DNA of 10,651 nt from Candidatus Iainarchaeum sp. GTDB taxonomy: Archaea > Iainarchaeota > Iainarchaeia > Iainarchaeales > 0-14-0-20-30-16. The position numbers and the translations under genes are program-made. Location of the stretch: assembly GCA_903916665.1 (NCBI GenBank), contig CAIWXP010000067.1, positions 1 through 10,651 on the forward strand, read 5' to 3'. Shown piece after piece: positions 1 through 5,630 of the stretch. Each line of letters opens with the position of its first letter. Positions within the stretch are counted from its first letter, which is position 1. Below the pieces are notes generated by a model. The model saw only the letters and a program-made list of their open reading frames with translations, did no database searches and had not been told where the DNA came from.

Positions 1-43
1 ATTGTTCTAAAACTTTTTTTTGATGTATTAAAAAATATGCCAT
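1..43 (-). CDS. Partial CDS (N-terminus only, runs off the left edge), hypothetical protein
   Basis: Minus-strand ATG at 43..41 is preceded by TGTGAT + 3 nt (plus-strand 'atcaca' at 47..52). This is the same GTGAT-N3-ATG context seen at other starts in the window. The open frame MAYFLIHQKKVLEQ... continues to the window edge. Only 14 codons are visible. Confidence 0.3.
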   Translation of the reverse strand, partial: MAYFLIHQKKVLEQ

Positions 44-77
44 ACTATCACATTATTTTTTTAAATATAAAAATATA

Positions 78-1001
78 TTATAGATTTAATTTGTCACAAA
101 CATAGCTAAATACTAATGGATAAATAATACTTACATCTCCATTAACAGTTACTGCATCACTGTTTGATTTAATTTTACCCCAGGATTTTGCTTCATTAGT
201 TGTTGATCCAGAAGAACTTCCAGAATCTGCTCTCGCCGTTGTAATATAAACTGCATAATCCATTCCTCCAGATATAGTTGAGGATAAAATTGCGTAATGT
301 TTTGAGGTACCACCACCCAATGCAATAATTCCTTTTTGGTCATCTCGAGTTACTTGGAAAACTAAATCTTTAAAATCATTTATAACATCAATTTGAAAAT
401 CAGGTTGCTTGTTTTTGAATAAAAAGAATTGAAATCCTAAAGCACCATCTGTTATTGCAGGGTTATATACTGGTATATTTTTAATTGCTGCTTGATATAA
501 AAAAGAATTCTTATCATTTAATATTAAACCAATTTCTTTTAAAAAATCAGGTGTTTTCCAAACTTTTTGTTTTTTAGAAATTTCAGTTAAGAATTTTTGC
601 ATATAGGCTTCAAATTTTTCATAGCTTTGATTTGTTACATATATATTTCCAATTCTGTTAATTCCTTTTTCATTTAGCTCAACATCATCTGCATTGAATG
701 AGCCTAAAATAAATTTTTCACCAATTGCTTTCATTATATCTTCTTCAATGGCACCAGTTGTTGTAATAACAATGTCTGCCAGTCCTTTTTCTATTGTTTG
801 GGCAAACAATCCCCTTAGGCCAGAAGATGCCATGTTAGAGGTGAATGTTAGATATATCTTAGCCCCATTGGTTTTCATTTTAACAATAATTTCTGCTGCT
901 TTCTTTAAATTGGAGGCTTGCAAACCAGAATTGTCATACTGTTCAATTAGGTCTTTTACTGTAATATTTTTAGAATAATTTATATCTTTTATAAAGTCCA
1001 T
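78..1001 (-). CDS. dys: Deoxyhypusine synthase (aIF5A modification)
   Basis: Family motifs read directly from the translation: LTFTSNMASSGLR, ITTTGAIEEDIMK, NRIGNIYV, PAITDGALG, LGGGTSKHY and the catalytic-lysine motif EAKSWGK. The ORF track starts at GTG 1010 (MVIM...). I prefer ATG 1001..999 (MDFIKD...) because GGTGAT (1003..1008) and an upstream TATA-like element sit just before it. The start is uncertain by 3 codons. Confidence 0.92.
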   Translation of the reverse strand: MDFIKDINYSKNITVKDLIEQYDNSGLQASNLKKAAEIIVKMKTNGAKIYLTFTSNMASSGLRGLFAQTIEKGLADIVITTTGAIEEDIMKAIGEKFILGSFNADDVELNEKGINRIGNIYVTNQSYEKFEAYMQKFLTEISKKQKVWKTPDFLKEIGLILNDKNSFLYQAAIKNIPVYNPAITDGALGFQFFLFKNKQPDFQIDVINDFKDLVFQVTRDDQKGIIALGGGTSKHYAILSSTISGGMDYAVYITTARADSGSSSGSTTNEAKSWGKIKSNSDAVTVNGDVSIIYPLVFSYVCDKLNL

Positions 1002-1060
1002 AATCACCACATATACATAAGTATTAATATATAATTAGATTAATATATAAGAATAGGACT

Positions 1061-1096
1061 AAAAAAGAATAAAAATAGGAGCTATGTGAATAGCTC
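1061..1096 (-). terminator. Hairpin plus oligo-T terminator after the zinc-ribbon gene
   Basis: Minus strand reads TAG-AGCTAT-TCAC-ATAGCTC-CTATTTTTATTCTTTTTTAG. There is a perfect 7-bp stem (1079..1085 / 1090..1096) with a 4-nt loop overlapping the stop codon, followed by T5 and T6 tracts. Archaeal termination uses oligo-T. Confidence 0.5.
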
Positions 1097-1581
1097 TATA
1101 GGAAATCTGCGCCTTTGATGTTTTTGCCTTTTAATCTGTTTAATAGTTCTTGGTTTTTAGGTACTTTGCTTGAAACCGTTCTATCTCCAATTTTATTTTC
1201 AGATTTATAGGCATCGTCATCACTCATTCTAAAAGATCCTTGTTTAGGGGCTGCTGTTGGAATAGGTGCTGATCGAGGATTAGGTGCTAAGCTTTGTTGT
1301 ACAGGTTGCTCTTCATGGTTTTCTTCTTCAGAGCCCTCTATTGATCCCACATTATCTGGGGTATTATCAATTTCGTCAAGATCATTTCTTCTATAATCAG
1401 CTTTGATAGGGGGTGCCCATTTGTTTCCTGGTCTATAGCCTTTAGATATTTTATTTATTTCTTCTGCTGTATTTCTTTCTGGGTAACCTTCCCAATTACA
1501 TCGAGGGCATTTTTTCATACCTTCGGTAGCCATTTTAGTTAAACTCATAAATCCACAAAATCCACAATGTTCATGTTGCAT
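1096..1581 (-). CDS. Zinc-ribbon protein with a long acidic/Pro-rich disordered tail (hypothetical)
   Basis: The N-terminus carries CxxC...CxxC (HCGFCG ... KCPRCN). The rest is low-complexity (SEEENHEEQPVQQSLAPNPRSAPIPTAAP) and ends in a basic/hydrophobic ...LLNRLKGKNIKGADFL. The start ATG 1581 is preceded by GGTGAT (1585..1590) + GAT. Confidence 0.7.
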   Translation of the reverse strand: MQHEHCGFCGFMSLTKMATEGMKKCPRCNWEGYPERNTAEEINKISKGYRPGNKWAPPIKADYRRNDLDEIDNTPDNVGSIEGSEEENHEEQPVQQSLAPNPRSAPIPTAAPKQGSFRMSDDDAYKSENKIGDRTVSSKVPKNQELLNRLKGKNIKGADFL

Positions 1582-1590
1582 ATCATCACC

Positions 1591-1712
1591 TAACCATATA
1601 TAATTATAATCTTAAACTAAGTAATAGCTTATAGTTTTTAAATAGTTTTCTATTTATTTAGGTATTAGATAGCTATTATTTGGCGATTATTTTAATATTA
1701 TTGGGTGATATT
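1591..1712. promoter_or_regulatory. Divergent promoter / 5'-UTR region between the zinc-ribbon gene and the surface-protein operon
   Basis: ATAGTTTTTAAATAGTTTTCTAT (about 1631..1653) closely resembles the TAGTGTTTTTATAGTTTTGC promoter at 9572..9590. GGTGAT at 1704..1709 + ATT + ATG 1713 indicates a leadered mRNA. The minus-strand reading of the same A/T block gives TTTAAAAACTATAAG, a possible TATA for the divergent gene. Confidence 0.4.
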
Positions 1713-3845
1713 ATGAATTTTAAGTTATTTTCAATCTTTCTAATTTTGATTTTAACAATAGGTTTTAGTTTTGCTGCTCTTAGCTCAATTGTAAAAACAA
1801 CAGATTCAAATATTGTAAAAATGGATACAAATATTTCAATTATAAAGGATACCGCTGATTCAAATAAACCAGCTTTGCAATTAGATACTACCAAAACAAT
1901 TACACAGGTAGATGATAATGCAATAAATTTTATTTTAAAAGAAAAAAGTTTAGGTTTTGTAAGTTCTAGTAGTCTCTATGTTTTTGATTCGAATAATTAT
2001 TATTTATATAATACAATAGATTTTGGAAATGCTTCTGCAACAGCCTATGATATTACACCTGATGGAAAATATTTATATGTGGCAACTTTGGAAACAAAAT
2101 TAGTGGATACGGGCTATGGTTCAGACTATGTTGAATTTCCTAAATTACTAAAAATAGATATAAAAACAAATAAAATGTTGGAACAATATGATTTAATAGA
2201 GGGCACAACAGTGAGATATCTAAGAATAGCTCCTGATAATAGAATATATGTATCTTGGGAACAATCCTATAGTCAAAAACCAGGTATGACTGTTTTAGAT
2301 TTCAAAAATGATAAGAAATGGGAATGGTTGTGGAAAGATTATTTTTCAGTAGATAATGCTATATTATCAATACAATTTAATAAAGATGGTTCAATAGTTT
2401 ATTTTGCAACTCCAGATTACTATGGAAATGTTTTTCGTTTAGATTGGGTAGAAAATAAATTTAAAGAAATATTTTTTTCGGATGTTGAAAGTTCAGGAAT
2501 TAGAAAAATGGCTATGAAAATTGATTCAGAAGCTGGTTGTACAATTCAATTTTCAATTGATACTATTTTTTGTTTTGATTCGCAAAAAACTATTATTCCA
2601 ATAACACCAAATTTTACTCCCCGAGATTTAAGATTTAGTAAAGATGGTGAAAAATTTTATACTGTTGGATTTGATTCAGAAAATTCGTATTTAGCAATTT
2701 ATTCTGGGTTATCAAAGGTTGCATTAACAGATATTTATAGTTATAATAGTCCGCAAGTTTTTAATTTAAATGAACCGGATTATAGGGCTGATTTAATAGA
2801 TGTGAAAGAGGATAAAATTGCATATATTGCAATGGTATCTAGAAAATTGTGTAGTTCTTGGGTTTGTGATAAAATTATTGCCATAGATCTATCAAATGGA
2901 AATAAATTAGGAGAGATACAAGATTTAGTTATAGATAGATTTTCTGATGTTAGAATTGCGCCTAAAATGGAATTAGATTATAATTTAATAGGTAAATTAG
3001 ATTTGAAAAATGAATTTAAAGATGCTGTGAATGTTTTTGATATAAAATATAATTATCCTGGTTATAGTTCAACAAATGTACCCATAAATGGAAAGATAGC
3101 TATAGAATTTAATAGAGATGTTGATACAAAAACATTAACAAGTGATAATTTATATTTATTAAATTCTCATAATTTTGTTGTTAAAGGTAAAATAACCTAT
3201 AATAATAAAATTGCAATTTTTGTACCAGAAAGTAATTTGCTAAAGAATGCAACCTATACTGTTTTTGTATTAAAAAAAATAAAAGATACTAAAGGAAATG
3301 TATTATTAAAAGATTATAATTGGAAGTTTAAAACAGGAGATTTTGTTAATGCTCCAGCCATACAGGATAACAATAATGAAAATAAAACAGTAACTATAAA
3401 TTTAAAATCAAATTTGACTTTAAATATTCTTCCTGTTATTCCATTATTAGATTCAAATGATGATTCAAATAACTTAGATTTAAATGACTCAAATAATGTT
3501 GATCAAAATATTGTGGATCAAAATATTGTTGATGCAAATACCATTGACAATAATAAAAATACAGGTAATAATTCCAATAGTTTAGGTTCTGGTTCATCAT
3601 CAAATGGATCTGCAACAATTGGAGTGGATTCAAATTCTAAATCAATTAATCCAGAAATAACTGCAGATTCAAATTCTAAAAATAATTTGACAATAACAGA
3701 AACTAAAAATAAAGATGATATAAATCATTTCGGAAAACAAGATACAAATATCCCTGTTACTAACAATAATGAAGAATCAGGATTCTTTACAAAAATATTT
3801 ATTGCAATAGGAAATTTCTTTAAATGGATATTTAGAATTAATTAG
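1713..3845 (+). CDS. Secreted cell-surface protein: signal peptide, YVTN-like beta-propeller repeats, SbsA/Big_5-type Ig-like domain, Asn/Asp/Ser-rich stalk, C-terminal hydrophobic anchor
   Basis: - Start corrected to ATG 1713 (SD GGTGAT 1704..1709).
- N-terminus MNFKLFSIFLILILTIGFSFAALSS is a Sec-type signal.
- Recurrent [s/t]PDGk-lYVat-like strands (YDITPDGKYLYVAT, LRIAPDNRIYVS, FNKDGSIVYFAT, LRFSKDGEKFYTVG) are typical of YVTN/lactonase-type propellers in archaeal surface proteins.
- 3036..3341 encodes YPGYSSTNVPINGKIAIEFNRDVDTKTLTSDNLYLL...ATYTVFVLKKIKDTKGNVLLKDYNWKFKTGD, which matches the Big_5/SbsA_Ig pattern.
- 3342..3780 is low-complexity.
- The protein ends in ESGFFTKIFIAIGNFFKWIFRIN. 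Confidence 0.85.
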   Translation: MNFKLFSIFLILILTIGFSFAALSSIVKTTDSNIVKMDTNISIIKDTADSNKPALQLDTTKTITQVDDNAINFILKEKSLGFVSSSSLYVFDSNNYYLYNTIDFGNASATAYDITPDGKYLYVATLETKLVDTGYGSDYVEFPKLLKIDIKTNKMLEQYDLIEGTTVRYLRIAPDNRIYVSWEQSYSQKPGMTVLDFKNDKKWEWLWKDYFSVDNAILSIQFNKDGSIVYFATPDYYGNVFRLDWVENKFKEIFFSDVESSGIRKMAMKIDSEAGCTIQFSIDTIFCFDSQKTIIPITPNFTPRDLRFSKDGEKFYTVGFDSENSYLAIYSGLSKVALTDIYSYNSPQVFNLNEPDYRADLIDVKEDKIAYIAMVSRKLCSSWVCDKIIAIDLSNGNKLGEIQDLVIDRFSDVRIAPKMELDYNLIGKLDLKNEFKDAVNVFDIKYNYPGYSSTNVPINGKIAIEFNRDVDTKTLTSDNLYLLNSHNFVVKGKITYNNKIAIFVPESNLLKNATYTVFVLKKIKDTKGNVLLKDYNWKFKTGDFVNAPAIQDNNNENKTVTINLKSNLTLNILPVIPLLDSNDDSNNLDLNDSNNVDQNIVDQNIVDANTIDNNKNTGNNSNSLGSGSSSNGSATIGVDSNSKSINPEITADSNSKNNLTITETKNKDDINHFGKQDTNIPVTNNNEESGFFTKIFIAIGNFFKWIFRIN
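3450..3560 (+). repeat. In-frame degenerate 15-bp (pentapeptide D-x-N-x-[VIL]) tandem repeat inside the surface-protein stalk
   Basis: Units: gattcaaataactta / gactcaaataatgtt / gatcaaaatattgtg / gatcaaaatattgtt / gatgcaaataccatt / gacaataataaaaat. The core pair 3501..3515 and 3516..3530 differs by 1 nt. A separate perfect 15-nt direct repeat gattcaaattctaaa (DSNSK) occurs at 3627..3641 and 3666..3680. Confidence 0.75.
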
Positions 3846-3852
3846 TGATACT

Positions 3853-4401
3853 ATGAAAAATAGACCAAAAGATAGATTTGTGTTATTGCAAGCGTCAGAG
3901 AAAACTTCAGGTACTATAACTAGACTTGCAAGAAATGAGCGCGAAGAACTATTAAATACTAAATTAGCAATAGAATTAGCAAAAAGATTTGATAATAACC
4001 CAAATATTCTATCAACAGAACAATTAGATATATTACAAAAGTATCTTTTAGGTGAATTAGAAAAAGTTAATCCCTTTGAACCTCAAGAAGGATTTGAATT
4101 TGTTTACCAAAATGCAATTCATTTTTTTCTTAGATTAAAAGACTATGAAAAAGTAATTGCATTGTATACAAAATTATTAAAATTAATTAATAAAAAAGAT
4201 TTGAATATTAGTATGGATTGTGCAGTATTGGCAACGGTAGCATATATAAAAATAAATAGATTGGATATTGCGCGAAGAATATATAATTATGTTTTAGATT
4301 ATTCTAAAAAATTGAGTATTGAAGATAAAAAAGCAACAGAATTATTATTTGAGGATTTATTTAAAGAGCATAGTATTGATATTAAGCAATTAAATGGGTG
4401 A
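3853..4401 (+). CDS. Hypothetical all-helical protein with two TPR-like motifs
   Basis: ATG 3853 is preceded by AGTGAT (3844..3849) + ACT, and the upstream stop TAG (3843..3845) overlaps this SD. Two helix-pair segments have TPR-like spacing (AIHFFLRLKDYEKVIALYTKLLKL and AVLATVAYIKINRLDIARRIYNYVLDY). I recognise no catalytic motif. Confidence 0.65.
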   Translation: MKNRPKDRFVLLQASEKTSGTITRLARNEREELLNTKLAIELAKRFDNNPNILSTEQLDILQKYLLGELEKVNPFEPQEGFEFVYQNAIHFFLRLKDYEKVIALYTKLLKLINKKDLNISMDCAVLATVAYIKINRLDIARRIYNYVLDYSKKLSIEDKKATELLFEDLFKEHSIDIKQLNG

Positions 4402-4406
4402 TAATT

Positions 4407-4982
4407 ATGAATGAATATTCAAAAGGATTATTGTGGGTTATTTCGGGGCCTATGTTTGCAGGAAAAACCTCTGAATTAATTAGATTATATGATAGAACTA
4501 TTTTTGCAAATCAAAAATCTATTATTGTTAAACCTAGTTTAGATAATAGATATTCTGATAGTGAAGTTGCAACCCACGATAATAGAACAAGAAAAAGTTT
4601 TATAGTAAATAATATTGAAGAATTAAATGAAATAGTTGCAAAAGAATTGCCAGAAAATGTTTTTATTGATGAAGCACAATTTTTTTCATCAAAGATATTA
4701 AATGTTATTGATGATCTAAGAAAATTAGGAATTAATGTTTATTGTTCTTTATTAAATCAAACATCAGAAGGACATGCGTTTCCGTTTATGGATAAAAAAC
4801 AAGATGTTAGTTCTTTATTGGTTAAAGCAGATCATATTGAAACTTTTTCTGCAGTGTGCCCAGTTTGTGGTAAGAATGCTACAAAAACTTATAAAATAGA
4901 AAGTTCTGGAAATGAAGTTGATGTGGGGGGTTCAAATAAATATGAACCTCGTTGCTATGAACATTGGGAACCTAAAAAGTGA
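4407..4982 (+). CDS. tdk: Thymidine kinase, TK1 (type II) family
   Basis: P-loop GPMFAGKTSEL, Walker-B-like FIDEAQFF, and a lasso/zinc region AVCPVCGKNATKT...VGGSNKYEPRCYEHW. Start corrected from GTG 4398 to ATG 4407. GGTGAT lies at 4397..4402 and contains the upstream gene's TGA stop (4399..4401), followed by AATT and ATG. Confidence 0.92.
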   Translation: MNEYSKGLLWVISGPMFAGKTSELIRLYDRTIFANQKSIIVKPSLDNRYSDSEVATHDNRTRKSFIVNNIEELNEIVAKELPENVFIDEAQFFSSKILNVIDDLRKLGINVYCSLLNQTSEGHAFPFMDKKQDVSSLLVKADHIETFSAVCPVCGKNATKTYKIESSGNEVDVGGSNKYEPRCYEHWEPKK

Positions 4983-4986
4983 TACT

Positions 4987-5625
4987 ATGCCAGAAGTTCC
5001 AAAATTTAAAGGATTAAAAACAGGTCCGTTTAGAAGGCCTACAAAAAAAAATGAAATTCAAACTTTGGATATTGGTACAAGATCTGGTTCAAGATTAATT
5101 TCAAAAGCTAGAAAAAGGCCCGAAAGATCCTATGTTGGTATAGAGTTATCTCCATTTACTCCAGGTGAAGTAAGAGAAAATTATGCAATTCATGGTAGCA
5201 CGCGTGCAAATGATTATTTACAATTTTGTGTTGAAAAAGGCATAAAGATTAGAAATATAAATTTTGATATGCCTATGCCTACTGGCGACGCCTATAGAAT
5301 AGATGATTTTTTAAGATTATTGCCCAAAGTTTTAATGCCCAATGGAAAAGTTTTTATGAATTCAGAAAGGAAAGAATTTTTAGACTGGGTAAGGGATAAA
5401 GCATTAAAAGAAGGTTATTCAATTAGAATTAGAGAAATACCAATAAGAGAAATATTGAGTCATTCTCAAGATAAATTAAGTGGGGTATCAATAACTTCAT
5501 TTATGGCACAATTTTTTAAAGCCTATTCTACCTATCAAACAATGTATCAATTAGAAATAACCTATCCTTTAACTTTAGCCTATAAAACAAAAGAGCAAAG
5601 AAGAAATTGGACAAAACAAAAGTAA
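4987..5625 (+). CDS. Class I methyltransferase-fold protein, divergent TrmB-like (tRNA m7G methyltransferase family); activity uncertain
   Basis: Start corrected from 4912 to ATG 4987 (MPEVPKF...). AGTGAT at 4978..4983 contains the tdk stop TGA (4980..4982). [28 protein letters not shown] aligns by eye with E. coli TrmB [36 protein letters not shown] sits where FFPDPW would be, and [20 protein letters not shown] sits where LqlGGvFhmATDwepYaehM would be. Confidence 0.55.
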   Translation: [212 protein letters not shown]

Positions 5626-5630
5626 TTAAA

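Noticed and set aside
149-343. 64-aa minus-strand ORF nested in another frame of the dys gene
   Set aside because: It lies entirely inside the strongly supported deoxyhypusine synthase CDS. It has no SD or TATA context and no recognisable motifs. This is a typical out-of-frame ORF in AT-rich DNA.
694-978. 94-aa plus-strand ORF antisense to dys
   Set aside because: It is a shadow ORF opposite a well-supported gene. Its hydrophobic, low-complexity translation is what antisense reading of AT-rich coding sequence produces.
1096-1160. C-terminus of the zinc-ribbon protein as a PCNA-interacting PIP box
   Set aside because: QELLNRLK lacks the two aromatic residues of Qxx[LIM]xx[FY][FY], so it is not a PIP box by the canonical definition.
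1676-1894. 72-aa minus-strand ORF antisense to the surface-protein 5' end
   Set aside because: It overlaps the signal-peptide region of a supported CDS and the divergent promoter. It has no start-site signal.
3436-3633. 65-aa minus-strand ORF opposite the repeat-rich stalk
   Set aside because: It is an artefact of the low-complexity AAT/GAT repeats, which stay open on both strands. There is no start context.
3778-3842. C-terminal tail of the surface protein as a bona fide PGF-CTERM archaeosortase signal
   Set aside because: The tripeptide is SGF, not PGF, and the hydrophobic stretch is short and interrupted by Lys and Asn. I mention it only as a possibility and do not call it.
4912-4986. 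ORF-track N-terminal extension (MKLMWGVQINMNLVAMNIGNLKSDT) overlapping the tdk 3' end. Similar extensions occur at 1680, 4398, 8298, 8342, 9588 and 1010.
   Set aside because: Each extension begins upstream of, or within, a GGTGAT SD or a TATA-N21 element that points to a downstream ATG. The GTG inside GGTGAT repeatedly creates false 'MxIM' starts.
5043-5051. A9 homopolymer inside the TrmB-like CDS (also an A8 run on the coding strand at 13..20 and A8 at 3267..3274) as phase-variation tracts
   Set aside because: Runs of 8-9 A/T are expected by chance in Lys/Asn-rich genes of a genome this AT-rich. There is no evidence of frameshifted alternative frames.
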